A DNA stretch of 64,000 nucleotides from Bacilli bacterium (GTDB lineage: Bacteria; Bacillota_I; Bacilli_A; RF39; UBA660), in NCBI GenBank assembly GCA_046704245.1, contig JBJKSD010000019.1, positions 11,708 through 75,707 on the forward strand. Reading direction: 5' to 3'. Made by a program: the position numbers and the translations under genes. Numbering within the stretch: the first letter of the stretch is position 1; each line of letters starts with the position of its first letter. Below the pieces are notes generated by a model, which had not been told where the DNA came from, searched no databases, and was given only the letters and a program-made list of their open reading frames with translations. This document shows positions 36,100 to 46,300 of the stretch, in pieces.

Positions 36100-37811
36100 A
36101 AGACTTTAATAAAGGTTTGGATAAAATTAAAGCTTTTGCTATTGATGAACAGTGGCTAACTTCATTATGCTATGATGTATTAATTGATGAAGAATTATTA
36201 ACTTTTACTATTGAGACAATTAATTTTTGCTTAACTGATCACGCTATAGATGAAATTGAGAGTCTTTTTTCTACAATTAGATTAAATTGTCAAAACACTT
36301 TAAAAGAAATTAATAAATATGTGTCCCCATATAATAAATGGTTGATAGCTAGGAAAGCATATTTTTATTATGGATTATTAGAGATATTAATAGAAGGTAG
36401 TGTTTTTAGCAATGTTATTATTGAAAATATAAAAAAACAGTATAAAAAGCAATATCTAGAAATAGTAAGTGTTGTTGACAAATTAAATCCATCCTATTTA
36501 ACTAACTTCAATTTTGAAAATAAAGAATACAATTTAAAAAATATTGATATTGATACCGAAGAAATAAAAAAATACATATTATTAAAAAAATGGCAAGATA
36601 ATCAACATGTTTATCATGATAATATTATATATCCAATTTTTGATAAATGCAGAGAGGAATTTAAGGAATGGGCCCATAAATATTATCCTAGCCTTAATTA
36701 CCATCCAACTATCACTTTAATATTATTAAAATTACTTCAGCAACCCTTAATTAATATGGATGATATTAGTAAATGCATTATTGCTGGATTAGAGGAGGAG
36801 TTAATAAAACTAGTAGGTGGCAAAATGTATGGGCTATCTTTATTGAATAGTATGGGGATAGCAGTACCACAGGCCTTGGTTTTGCCAATTAATAAGAGCA
36901 TAGAAGATATTGATTTTAATCAATATCTAGATAGTAATATGAAATATGCAGTTAGAAGCTCAGCCGATGTTGAAGATGGCAAAAATACTTCATTTGCAGG
37001 TCTTTTTGAATCGTATTTAGATGTTAATTTACTTGATATAAAGGACTATATTTACAAAGTAAAGGAATCTGTAAATAATAATAGATTACAAGCTTATCTT
37101 AAAAAATTTAATATTAAAAGACCCCACATGGCAGTTATTATTCAAGAATATCAGGAGCCAGTTATTTCAGGGGTGTGGATTGGGAGAAGTATTGATGAAG
37201 GCATTTTAGAGTGGGTAGATGGTATTGGGCAAAAATTAGTATTGGGGCAAGTAAAACCAAATATTGAAATATGCAATAAAGGTAAGAATTCAGTAAAAAG
37301 ATTAAAAAATAATGGAAAAATAATAAAAGAATTATTGCAATTACAAAAAGAGATTGGTGCACCCTGTGACTTTGAATGGTGTATTATTGATGGTAAATTG
37401 TGGCTATTACAATATCGTCCAGTGACAAAAAATATCCAAACAATTATTTTTAATGATAATACATCAAGTATAATTGGCATTTCAGCATCTGGAGGAGAAG
37501 CAGAAGGTAAACTTAAATTTATCGAAGACATTAATAATATAGATAATTGGGAAGATAATTGTATTCTTTTAACATACTATACCGACCCCGATTGGGTACC
37601 TATTATGATTAATGCTAAAGGAATTATAACAGCCGAAGGTGGTTTTTTATGTCATGCTGCTATTATAGCCCGTGAATTAAATATACCCTGTATCACAGGA
37701 ATAGGAGAAGAAAATCTTGAAAAGTTAAAAAATTTAGATGAAATTAGATTAGATGGTGGTCGAGGATTAATTAAAATCCCTAAAAAAAAACAATTATATA
37801 AAAAATACTAG
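36081..37811 (+). CDS. PEP-utilising-enzyme-family phosphotransferase, copy 2
   Basis: YAVRSSADVEDGKNTSFAGLFESYLDV and GGFLCHAAIIARELNIPCITGIG. Paralogous to 30077..31765, including a shared N-terminal region (KKWQDNQHVY vs KYWQEKQHKY). Confidence 0.6.
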   Translation: MQAHELKDFNKGLDKIKAFAIDEQWLTSLCYDVLIDEELLTFTIETINFCLTDHAIDEIESLFSTIRLNCQNTLKEINKYVSPYNKWLIARKAYFYYGLLEILIEGSVFSNVIIENIKKQYKKQYLEIVSVVDKLNPSYLTNFNFENKEYNLKNIDIDTEEIKKYILLKKWQDNQHVYHDNIIYPIFDKCREEFKEWAHKYYPSLNYHPTITLILLKLLQQPLINMDDISKCIIAGLEEELIKLVGGKMYGLSLLNSMGIAVPQALVLPINKSIEDIDFNQYLDSNMKYAVRSSADVEDGKNTSFAGLFESYLDVNLLDIKDYIYKVKESVNNNRLQAYLKKFNIKRPHMAVIIQEYQEPVISGVWIGRSIDEGILEWVDGIGQKLVLGQVKPNIEICNKGKNSVKRLKNNGKIIKELLQLQKEIGAPCDFEWCIIDGKLWLLQYRPVTKNIQTIIFNDNTSSIIGISASGGEAEGKLKFIEDINNIDNWEDNCILLTYYTDPDWVPIMINAKGIITAEGGFLCHAAIIARELNIPCITGIGEENLEKLKNLDEIRLDGGRGLIKIPKKKQLYKKY

Positions 37812-37964
37812 TTTAGTATAAAATAAAAAATAATATTTATTTATAATTAATAAATAAATATTATTTTTTTATATAATAAATTTAAATTCAAATATCCAAA
37901 CATTGACAAATCATGATGATAATAATATGCTAATTATATAGACAAAATAAAGGGGAATTTAAAT

Positions 37965-38981
37965 ATGGATAAAAAATTAAATATTTTACAAAAAGCTATA
38001 GCCAATCTTTTTAACCAATTAGGTATAAAAAAATTTACTTGTACTATTACTATTATTGCCATTGCAGGTGGAGGATTAGCGTGTAGTAGGGAACCACTCC
38101 CTAAGATTAATGGAAATCAAACTACTATTATTAATTTGGTAGAAACAAGAGATCTAAATTCTATAATAGACCCAAATAATCCAGTTGTAACATTAATTAA
38201 AAAAGAAGAATCTCCCCAAAAGAATGCCATAGAATCTATTACAGCAGAGAATTTAATATCCAGTTCAGAACAACCTATAGTTTGCGATGTCTTTAATCCT
38301 ATGAATGATATTGAAGTACAACTAATTGCTGAAGAAATAATAGATCAAATATCTAAAGCTCAAGGTTATCATCAACTACCAATTGAAATGGTAAAAAGAA
38401 TAATATATTTTATTAATAGAATTGAGATAAATAATTATTCTTATAATACTGTGTATGATGATTGTCAAAATATAATTAAGATTAATAGTAACTTTGATAT
38501 ATTTAAAACTTTTTTAGAATCCAAGGATATTTATTTCCCTATAAATATTATTCCTATTGAAGATATGATTACCAATAAAGAAGCCCATGATTGTTTAGAA
38601 TATTATTTTGCATCAAAAGAAAGCCTTGGTAAAGAGTTTTTTGTGAATAAAGATCGTGATGCTATCTTACATGAATTAATAATGTTCTCTGATAAATATT
38701 ATAAAATATTTATTGGGGAGGAAAATTTTTATGGAATAAAATTTTCCGATATACCATCATCAGCTAAATTTATAATGTTACATGATGCAAAATACATGAC
38801 TGAACTTATCTATTATGCTCAACATCTAGGGCTTTTAGAAAATGTTAATGAAAATTATAATTATGCCGAAATGATTAATACAATTGATAAACAATTAGAA
38901 TTATTACCATTTCAATTGATAACAAAAACAGATAAAAATACTGAAACAAGAAGTAAGAAGTTAATACTTACCATTAAATAA
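37965..38981 (+). CDS. lipoprotein (lipobox LAC), paralog of 39464..40642
   Basis: The signal peptide ends in GGGLAC|S. The C-terminal ~220 aa are homologous to the next large ORF (shared [26 protein letters not shown] motifs). Confidence 0.5.
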   Translation: MDKKLNILQKAIANLFNQLGIKKFTCTITIIAIAGGGLACSREPLPKINGNQTTIINLVETRDLNSIIDPNNPVVTLIKKEESPQKNAIESITAENLISSSEQPIVCDVFNPMNDIEVQLIAEEIIDQISKAQGYHQLPIEMVKRIIYFINRIEINNYSYNTVYDDCQNIIKINSNFDIFKTFLESKDIYFPINIIPIEDMITNKEAHDCLEYYFASKESLGKEFFVNKDRDAILHELIMFSDKYYKIFIGEENFYGIKFSDIPSSAKFIMLHDAKYMTELIYYAQHLGLLENVNENYNYAEMINTIDKQLELLPFQLITKTDKNTETRSKKLILTIK

Positions 38982-38993
38982 CTGAGTAATTAA

Positions 38994-39027
38994 TAAAATA
39001 CTGAAATAAATTTCAGTATTTTTATTA
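38994..39027 (+). terminator. Rho-independent terminator (AAAATACTGAAATAAATTTCAGTATTTT plus T-run)
   Basis: Inverted repeat. A near-identical copy follows the paralog at 40659-40695. Confidence 0.6.
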
Positions 39028-39171
39028 GAAAAGGTATAGTTTTAATTTTATAAAAATATTATGTATATTATTGAGTTTAATAGCAAATATCAAATACATA
39101 ATATTTGACAAAAACTCCTAAAAATAGTATTATATGCATTAAAAATTTCATTAGATATAGGAGTACATGAT

Positions 39172-39363
39172 ATGGAAGTAAAGCAAAATAATTCAACAAA
39201 ACGCAGTAAGTTTATTCCTGCATTAGCACTATTTATAGTTTTAGGGGGATGCATATTATCTCATCAACCAATGATTAAAAATGTATTTTCAGAAGGAGTA
39301 AGATTTTTACACGAGGATACTCGTTTAAATACTTTAAATGTAAGTCAAAAAGTTAAAAAATAG
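39172..39363 (+). CDS. small putative lipoprotein (63 aa)
   Basis: The signal peptide has an LGGC lipobox. Confidence 0.3.
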   Translation: MEVKQNNSTKRSKFIPALALFIVLGGCILSHQPMIKNVFSEGVRFLHEDTRLNTLNVSQKVKK

Positions 39364-39463
39364 AATTGTAAAGAAATTTTTATTTTTCACACAATTATTG
39401 ACAAAATATAAGGATAATAATAAGCTAGTTATATATATCCAAGTTTAAAGGGGGAATTTAAAT

Positions 39464-40642
39464 ATGGATGAAAATAAAAAGTTAGGTAGTAGAAGAAGAA
39501 GCAGTAATGGGCGCAATTTTGTTGCCGCTACTTTAATTGCTGCAGTTTTAACTGGAGCGGGTGGTTTTACTTTAGTAAAATATTTAAAAGTAAGAGATAA
39601 TACTCCGGTAGTTATAGTAGATCCTGATGAAAAACCTAAACCAGATGATCCTATTATAATACCAGATCCACAACCTGAACCAATACCTGAGCCGGATCCT
39701 GCACCAGAACCCGATCCAACACCTGAGCCAGATCCACAACCCGGACCAATACCTGAGCCAGACCCTGCACCAGAACCTGATCCAACACCTGAGCCTGATC
39801 CAACACCAGTGCCAGATCCAACACCAGTGCCTGATCCAACACCAGAGCCTGATCCAACCCCAGTGCCAGATCCAATTCCAGTACCAGAACCCCAACCCGA
39901 TCCAATCCCCGTACCAGAACCAGCACCAGAGCAGCCAATGGTTTGGGATGCATTTGATCCTACAAACGATGCTGAAGTTCAACCAATAGCTGAAAAAATA
40001 TTAGCCCAATTATTTAATATTCAAAGTTATCATCAACCAACAATAGATTTTGTAAAAAATATGATATATTTTATCAATGGCGTGGAATTGAATGATGACC
40101 TTTATAATTTCGGGTATAGTAGCTTCAAAAAATTAGTTAAGGATAAAAGTAATTATGATATAATGAAAATGTTTTTAGAAGATAATCATCTTAATTCGAG
40201 CCCGAATGTTGTTTCAAATGAGAAAATGATTGCTGAAAAGAAAGCCCAAGGCTATATAGAATATTATTATGCATTAAAAGGGGATTTAGAGAACGAACTC
40301 TTTGTAAATCAGAATAGAGATGCACTTTTACATGAATTAATAAAATTTTCTGATAAATGTTATAATATTATTACCGATAAAGAAGATTTTAATGGAACAA
40401 AATTTTCAAAAATGCCTGCATCAGCAAAATTTATTATATTATATGATGCTCAACATATGACAGGAATTATCTATTATGCTCAATATATCGAGTTATTACA
40501 AAATGTTAATGAAAATTATAATTATAAAGCTAAAATAGATGAAATTAATAAGCAGATAGGCTTATTACCATATCAAACAGCTTCAATATCAAATGAAACA
40601 ACTGTGGCAGATGAAAAAACTTTACAATTAACTATAAGATAA
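39464..40642 (+). CDS. membrane-anchored protein with a Pro-rich (PEPDP)n tandem-repeat linker, paralog of 37965..38981
   Basis: N-terminal TM ([19 protein letters not shown]), about 100 aa of P-E/V-P-D-P repeats, then a C-terminal domain homologous to the upstream lipoprotein. Confidence 0.5.
   Translation: MDENKKLGSRRRSSNGRNFVAATLIAAVLTGAGGFTLVKYLKVRDNTPVVIVDPDEKPKPDDPIIIPDPQPEPIPEPDPAPEPDPTPEPDPQPGPIPEPDPAPEPDPTPEPDPTPVPDPTPVPDPTPEPDPTPVPDPIPVPEPQPDPIPVPEPAPEQPMVWDAFDPTNDAEVQPIAEKILAQLFNIQSYHQPTIDFVKNMIYFINGVELNDDLYNFGYSSFKKLVKDKSNYDIMKMFLEDNHLNSSPNVVSNEKMIAEKKAQGYIEYYYALKGDLENELFVNQNRDALLHELIKFSDKCYNIITDKEDFNGTKFSKMPASAKFIILYDAQHMTGIIYYAQYIELLQNVNENYNYKAKIDEINKQIGLLPYQTASISNETTVADEKTLQLTIR
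39650..39950 (+). repeat. in-frame tandem repeat (~15-30 bp units encoding PEPDPxPEPDPT), locally GC-enriched
   Basis: Repeated cc(a/t)ga(g/a)cc(a/g/t)gatcc(a/t)aca blocks are visible in the DNA. They generate the spurious antisense ORFs 39584..39982 and 39654..39953. Confidence 0.7.
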
Positions 40643-40658
40643 AATTAAAATAAATTAA

Positions 40659-40695
40659 ATAAAATACTGAAACATAAATTTCAGTATTTTATTTT
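40659..40695 (+). terminator. Rho-independent terminator, near-duplicate of 38994-39027
   Basis: AAAATACTGAAACATAAATTTCAGTATTTT plus T-run. Confidence 0.6.
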
Positions 40696-40758
40696 CAATT
40701 AATAATTAATATGTTATAATGATTACAATAATAGGCCTCATTTATAATAAAGAGAGGG

Positions 40759-41472
40759 TTGTTTATGTATAAAAAAATCGTATTATTTTTCTTTTTAATT
40801 GTTTTAAATCCTCTTTTAATTAGCGCCGAAGATTGTAATTCAACTGAATTAAGTAAATTAAAAGCTTATGCCAATTCCACTGAAATAAAATATTTTCATG
40901 TAGATGATTATACTCCAACTGAAGAAGATATGAATTTTGGTACTGTTGATATATATAATTTATTTTATATATCTATTAATAATTTATTAAATAATTTTTA
41001 TGTGGTTTTAGATGATACAGGTATGATATTATCTTATGATAAATCCTTGAATGTGCCAAATGTTGCAAAAAGCGGTTATCTAGTAGGTGGTAGAGAGTAT
41101 AAATTGAGTTTTTATGCTCATGCCAATGATTCTTGTAATGCCAAGCCATTATTAACTAAAACTATTACTTTACCTTCATTTAATTATTATTCTCTTGATC
41201 CTTTATGTAAGGGATTAGAAGATTATAAATTATGTAATATTTGGTATGCAGGAGATATAACTAGGGATGAATTTGTTTCAAAAATAACTAACTATAAAGA
41301 AGGTTTGAAAGAAGATAATATAAATAAAGATTTTTCTCCTAAAAATACATGGGATATATTTATGGATTGGCTAATTCAAAATTATAATACTTTACTTATT
41401 TCCATTATAATTTTTGGCTCTATAATTATAATAATCATTAAAGCAAAGGAAAAAAGGGGGAGCATATTATGA
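40759..41472 (+). CDS. secreted, C-terminally membrane-anchored protein (first gene of the pilus/T4SS island operon)
   Basis: Signal peptide (LFFFLIVLNPLLISAEDC) and a C-terminal TM helix plus KAKEKRG. ATGA overlap with the next gene. Confidence 0.45.
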   Translation: MFMYKKIVLFFFLIVLNPLLISAEDCNSTELSKLKAYANSTEIKYFHVDDYTPTEEDMNFGTVDIYNLFYISINNLLNNFYVVLDDTGMILSYDKSLNVPNVAKSGYLVGGREYKLSFYAHANDSCNAKPLLTKTITLPSFNYYSLDPLCKGLEDYKLCNIWYAGDITRDEFVSKITNYKEGLKEDNINKDFSPKNTWDIFMDWLIQNYNTLLISIIIFGSIIIIIIKAKEKRGSIL

Positions 41473-43808
41473 GAAAATTTATTTTTATTCTTATAATTTT
41501 TAGTTTTCTAAATATTGATAAAGTATTTGCCGCGCAAGATAAGACAATTATAGAAGGTGCTGATATACGTTATGATATTGATAGAGCGGAATTAATAGGC
41601 GGTAATATTATATTAAGCGGATGGGCATTGGTCCATTACAAAGAGCATGGGCGGAATGTTAATAGTGCATATCCAAAATATAGTTTAATTCTTAAAAATA
41701 CAATAACCGGTAGCGAAAAAGGACCATACTCATCTAATTGGAATAGCTCATATTCAAGTAAACCCCCTGTACAGAAATATGATTTAACATGTACTTTATT
41801 TACTAATTTAGGTAGTCCAATTCCCACTTGTTTTTCAATATTAACCGGGACCCCATATTTAGGTGTTTCGGGTCAGGCTGGTGTAGATAAATTATTTAAA
41901 AATACAGAAAATATAGTTGATAATTCATATTATCGTAATATTGGATTTCAATTTACAATACCCTTAAATGAATTAAGCAAACAATTAGATGATAATGATT
42001 GTCCATGTAATTCAACCAAGACAAAAAAGGAAGCTAAAATAAATTATAATATGAAAATAGAAATTCAATTAGGGCCAGATAATGTAATATATAGATCTAT
42101 ACCAATTAGTATAGTTGGTAAAAATGTTGAAGAGAAATTAATAGATACTTTAACTGTGCAGAATGTTCCAGATGATGTATTAATTGAAGTACATCAAGGG
42201 AGAGTTTTACTTAATACCACTGATTTAAACCGTTTACCATTTTCTACTGCCAAAAAAAATAATCTTGGCCAATACTATATATTAACTAGTGGTGAATATT
42301 ATCGGGTTTTTGATATATTCTACAATGTTTTTGACAATTATGCATATAATAAAAGTTTAGATAACCTATACCCTTATAAGCTATCATATTATGAAATAAA
42401 AATTAAATATCCAAAAACTGGCATACAAGTAACGCGCGGAGATGAAACATCAGCTTATGTACCAGCTACTTGGGTAGTGCCAGCAAGCAAAGGTATGGAC
42501 CCCACTCAAATATCAGTTCCATGTACATGTAAAAATGTTCCTGAACCAGATGAACCCGAGGAACCTGAAGAACCAGATGTACCAATAGATCCTAATGCCT
42601 TAAGTTGTAAACCTTATCCTGGACCTATTGATTTTGAAGGTAAAGAAAAGGATTGGTTAGATAATTCAGCATGTAATATTAAATGTACTGAAACAGCAAC
42701 CGTAACTTTACCTATGAGACCTACAAGTGCAATGAGAGCTGGTACAGGCTTTGAATATAATACCAATATTGAAACGCAATTATTATGTAAGCCTAAAGTA
42801 TATAAACCTTTTGATGAAGATTATTATAAGAATTTAATTACTTTAGCTGAAGAAGCTTTAACAACAGCTGAAGAAGATGTTACTACAGCCGAAGAAACTT
42901 TAGATGCTGCTACTACAGCGGAAGAGGAAGCTCGTGATGCTTGGGAAAGTGCTTCTGATGATGAAGAAGATGCTGCTAAAGCTACTTTAGATGCCGCTAA
43001 AGCAACTCTAGATGCTGCCATAAAAGCTTTATTAGATGCTGAAATAACACGTGACTTAGCTGAAAAAGCAGTTGAAAAAGCTAAAGAAGATTATACTAAT
43101 GCTGAAGCGCGTTATAATAGAGATACTAAAACATGTAATGCATGGACAACCGATCGTAACTATAATTTAACACCAAGTCTTATAACTAGTGTTCAAGGTA
43201 AGGATTATGGGGCTCAAACTATCATTATGCAAAGAACTAATACTACTAAAACAAGTAAAGATATCTTACAGACTAATTATAAGTTTACGTATAAGTTTCC
43301 ATATATATATGTAGAAAAAAATAATGGTACAATTAGCCGGGTAGCGGGTGTTAACTATTATGATGGCGGATATAAATTCTATACTGATTTAAAAGCAATA
43401 ACTGGTAAGAATTATAATCTAGATATGGAAGTTACGGCCTTTACTACTAATGAAGATTGGAATATAAAGTATGATTGTGATTATGATGTATTTAATTATT
43501 TCCCAGTCGATAATAAACCATTATATATGTTTAGACCTATATCATTAAAGAATCCATTCCCAGGAAGAAGTCCTGGAGCTAACTGGTCTGGTTATCAAAA
43601 TTATGATTTTACTAAGAAAAATGGTAGACTATTATATGATGATAATAATATTATATATACTATAAGTTTAACTCCTGAACGTATGAAAAGTATTAAATTA
43701 TATAATAGAGATTATAGTTATGTTGAAAATGTTTTAGTTAACGGTAAGAATGCTTTTGTTAATAAAACATTTAAATATCTATTTCAACCAGGAAGGGGGC
43801 TTAGATAG
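41469..43808 (+). CDS. large secreted protein (779 aa) with a Cys-containing N-terminal region and an Ala/Glu-rich helical repeat segment; putative adhesin or pilus-associated protein
   Basis: Signal peptide (IFILIIFSFLNIDKVFAAQD) and an internal repetitive AEE/TLDAAKATLDAA segment (42830-43100). Confidence 0.45.
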   Translation: MRKFIFILIIFSFLNIDKVFAAQDKTIIEGADIRYDIDRAELIGGNIILSGWALVHYKEHGRNVNSAYPKYSLILKNTITGSEKGPYSSNWNSSYSSKPPVQKYDLTCTLFTNLGSPIPTCFSILTGTPYLGVSGQAGVDKLFKNTENIVDNSYYRNIGFQFTIPLNELSKQLDDNDCPCNSTKTKKEAKINYNMKIEIQLGPDNVIYRSIPISIVGKNVEEKLIDTLTVQNVPDDVLIEVHQGRVLLNTTDLNRLPFSTAKKNNLGQYYILTSGEYYRVFDIFYNVFDNYAYNKSLDNLYPYKLSYYEIKIKYPKTGIQVTRGDETSAYVPATWVVPASKGMDPTQISVPCTCKNVPEPDEPEEPEEPDVPIDPNALSCKPYPGPIDFEGKEKDWLDNSACNIKCTETATVTLPMRPTSAMRAGTGFEYNTNIETQLLCKPKVYKPFDEDYYKNLITLAEEALTTAEEDVTTAEETLDAATTAEEEARDAWESASDDEEDAAKATLDAAKATLDAAIKALLDAEITRDLAEKAVEKAKEDYTNAEARYNRDTKTCNAWTTDRNYNLTPSLITSVQGKDYGAQTIIMQRTNTTKTSKDILQTNYKFTYKFPYIYVEKNNGTISRVAGVNYYDGGYKFYTDLKAITGKNYNLDMEVTAFTTNEDWNIKYDCDYDVFNYFPVDNKPLYMFRPISLKNPFPGRSPGANWSGYQNYDFTKKNGRLLYDDNNIIYTISLTPERMKSIKLYNRDYSYVENVLVNGKNAFVNKTFKYLFQPGRGLR

Positions 43809-44203
43809 TGAAAGCAGCCATGTGGGGTGTTGGTCTTGTTGCTATTGGTCTAATAGGAATAGCGTTAATTAATATTATGGAAAATATTACTTCTACTAAT
43901 GATCAAAACTATTATTTAGTTAAAGAAGTTACTGAAGCATCCATGTATGATGCTATTGATCTAGGTTATTATCGTGTATATGGTGAAGTAAAGATAGATA
44001 AAGATAAATTTATGGAGAGTTTTATTAGAAGATTCTCAGAATCTGTTAATATAAGAAAAAACTACAATATAAAGTTTTATGATATTATGGAAATACCACC
44101 TAAAGTAAGTTTGAAAGTGGGTTCATCGACATTTGTATCGTTTACAGATGAAGATTTTGATATAATAAATAATATAGATGCTATATTAGAATCCAAAAAA
44201 TAA
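43808..44203 (+). CDS. hypothetical membrane-anchored protein (N-terminal TM)
   Basis: 131 aa. The start overlaps the upstream stop. Confidence 0.4.
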   Translation: MKAAMWGVGLVAIGLIGIALINIMENITSTNDQNYYLVKEVTEASMYDAIDLGYYRVYGEVKIDKDKFMESFIRRFSESVNIRKNYNIKFYDIMEIPPKVSLKVGSSTFVSFTDEDFDIINNIDAILESKK

Positions 44204-44224
44204 GAATAAAGGGAGAGATAAGAG

Positions 44225-45043
44225 ATGAATAATTTTTTCATAGCCATTAAAAGATTTTTAGCTAATAAGAATACCGTAACTATATTAGGTGTGCTATTAG
44301 CTGTAGCTATTTTATACTTTGGTTATAATTATCGTATTCAACAAGCTATTAAACCAGTAAGATTACCTTATGCTAAAGTAACTATTCAGCCGAGAACAAA
44401 AATTACTGAAGATATGGTTGGTTATATTGATGTACCACCAGTAAGACTTACTGGTAGTGTTATTAAATATGCTACACAAATAATTGATCGTTATTCAAAT
44501 GTTAATACGATTATTCCAGCAGGTAGTTTATTCTATGAAGATACTGTTATTCCATTTAGTGAATTACCAGATGCTTCATTAATAAATGTACCAGATGATT
44601 TAGTGCCATATAATTTTAAAGTTGATATTGATAAATCATATGGTAATTCTATATTTCCAGGTAATTATATTAATATTTACTTTAAAGGGTTTGATGATAA
44701 TGGTCAATTAATGGTAGGTAAATTAGTAGAAAATATTAAAATATTAGCCGTTAAAGATCGTAATGGTAAAGATGTTTTTGAAAATACTGAAGAAGCTAGA
44801 ATACCAGCTACTTTAATATTTGGCGTTCCTGAAGATATTCATTTATTATTAAGGAAGGCATCATATTTAGATGAATTTGATGTTGAATTAATACCGGTAC
44901 CTATTGGGGGAGCTTATTTAAGTGAACCTGGGGCAGTTGAAATGAGCAGTACTGTAATAAAGAGTTTTATTCTTGAACATGCTCCTGAAATACCAGTAAC
45001 TGACGATACAACTGATAATACAACCGATAATACTACTGAATAG
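44225..45043 (+). CDS. Flp/Tad pilus assembly protein CpaB/RcpC-like
   Basis: N-terminal TM, then a SAF-like beta domain (VRLPYAKVTIQPRTKITEDMVGYIDVPP). Lies immediately upstream of a CpaF-like ATPase. Confidence 0.45.
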   Translation: MNNFFIAIKRFLANKNTVTILGVLLAVAILYFGYNYRIQQAIKPVRLPYAKVTIQPRTKITEDMVGYIDVPPVRLTGSVIKYATQIIDRYSNVNTIIPAGSLFYEDTVIPFSELPDASLINVPDDLVPYNFKVDIDKSYGNSIFPGNYINIYFKGFDDNGQLMVGKLVENIKILAVKDRNGKDVFENTEEARIPATLIFGVPEDIHLLLRKASYLDEFDVELIPVPIGGAYLSEPGAVEMSSTVIKSFILEHAPEIPVTDDTTDNTTDNTTE

Positions 45044-45071
45044 ATAAAAGAATAAAAAGGGAGGTAAAATT

Positions 45072-46283
45072 ATGAATGATAATTTGTTTTCTAATGTCGA
45101 TTTTGGTCCACTAAAGAAATATATTGATGAAGATGATATTACGGATATATCGTATACCAATAATGGACAGTTATGGTTAAGATCCTTATCAAAAGGGTCT
45201 TATCGTGTTGAAGAAGCTAATGTTAATAATCAATTAGTAGAAAAGATAGCATTCCAATGTGCTAATATTGTAGGCAAAGTATTTAATATGGCTCATCCAT
45301 TTTTAGATGCTGAGAGTGCTGAATTGCGTTTAAACTTTATTCATTCATCGATAGCTAGAAATGGTATAGCAATGGTTATACGTAAGACGCCCGCTAAAAT
45401 TCGATTGGAAAAGAATAAATTAATACAAGAACAATATGTTTCTCTTGATATTCATGATTTTTTGATTAGATGTGTCGAGGGACACTGTAATATTATTGTC
45501 AGTGGGGAAACTGGTGCTGGTAAAACAGAGTTTGTTAAGTATTTAGCATCACATATTAAGGAAGATGAAAAGGTTATTACTATTGAAGATACCTTAGAAT
45601 TACACTTAGATAGAATATTCCCTCATCGTGACATTGTAGCTATGAAAACTAATAATATAGCGTCTTATTCAGAAGTATTAGTAACCTGTATGAGACAGAA
45701 TCCTAGATGGATATTACTATCCGAAGTCCGTAGTGCAGAAGCGGTTACAGCCGTTAGAAACTCTATTTCATCAGGCCATAATATTATTTCAACTATTCAC
45801 TCTGATAAAGCTGAGAGTATCCCTTATCGTATGTATAGTTTATTAGAAACTAATATTGATATTGATCAATTCTTAAAAACTATATATCGTTATATACAAT
45901 TGGGTGTTCATATTAGAGCTCGCCAAGATCCAACATCCAAAAAGATGATTCGTGATATAAGTGAAGTAATAGAATTTTATGTTACTAATGATGGCAAACC
46001 CGAACAACAATTAATATATCGCAAATCATTAACAGGTGAAATAATACGTCATAATCCTAGTGAATATTTAATTAGTTATTTATCATCACATGGTATACAA
46101 TTAAAACCTGTATTTAAAGATAATGAAATAACCAAAGAAACCAATCAACCAGTTGCACAAAATACATCAATTGATGGACAAGTAGCCCCAGAGCCAGTAG
46201 TCGAACCAACTAATATGGTTCCTACTGAACCAATACCTAATAATCCAACCAATAGAGAAGATGTTGAAGTTTTAGACATGTAA
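45072..46283 (+). CDS. CpaF/TadA (VirB11-superfamily) secretion ATPase
   Basis: Walker A VSGETGAGKTE, Walker B/Asp box WILLSEVR, His box ISTIHSD. 403 aa. Confidence 0.7.
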   Translation: MNDNLFSNVDFGPLKKYIDEDDITDISYTNNGQLWLRSLSKGSYRVEEANVNNQLVEKIAFQCANIVGKVFNMAHPFLDAESAELRLNFIHSSIARNGIAMVIRKTPAKIRLEKNKLIQEQYVSLDIHDFLIRCVEGHCNIIVSGETGAGKTEFVKYLASHIKEDEKVITIEDTLELHLDRIFPHRDIVAMKTNNIASYSEVLVTCMRQNPRWILLSEVRSAEAVTAVRNSISSGHNIISTIHSDKAESIPYRMYSLLETNIDIDQFLKTIYRYIQLGVHIRARQDPTSKKMIRDISEVIEFYVTNDGKPEQQLIYRKSLTGEIIRHNPSEYLISYLSSHGIQLKPVFKDNEITKETNQPVAQNTSIDGQVAPEPVVEPTNMVPTEPIPNNPTNREDVEVLDM

Positions 46284-46300
46284 TAAAATGAGGTGATAAT

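Noticed and set aside
37151-37531. 126-aa and 66-aa minus-strand ORFs inside PEP-utilising paralog 2
   Set aside because: They are antisense shadow ORFs and the plus-strand gene carries clear catalytic motifs.
39584-39982. Minus-strand ORFs (132 aa and 99 aa) rich in W/R/L running antisense to the Pro-rich repeat
   Set aside because: They are antisense artefacts of the in-frame (PEPDP)n tandem repeat of the plus-strand gene 39464..40642. They have low-complexity composition and no SD.
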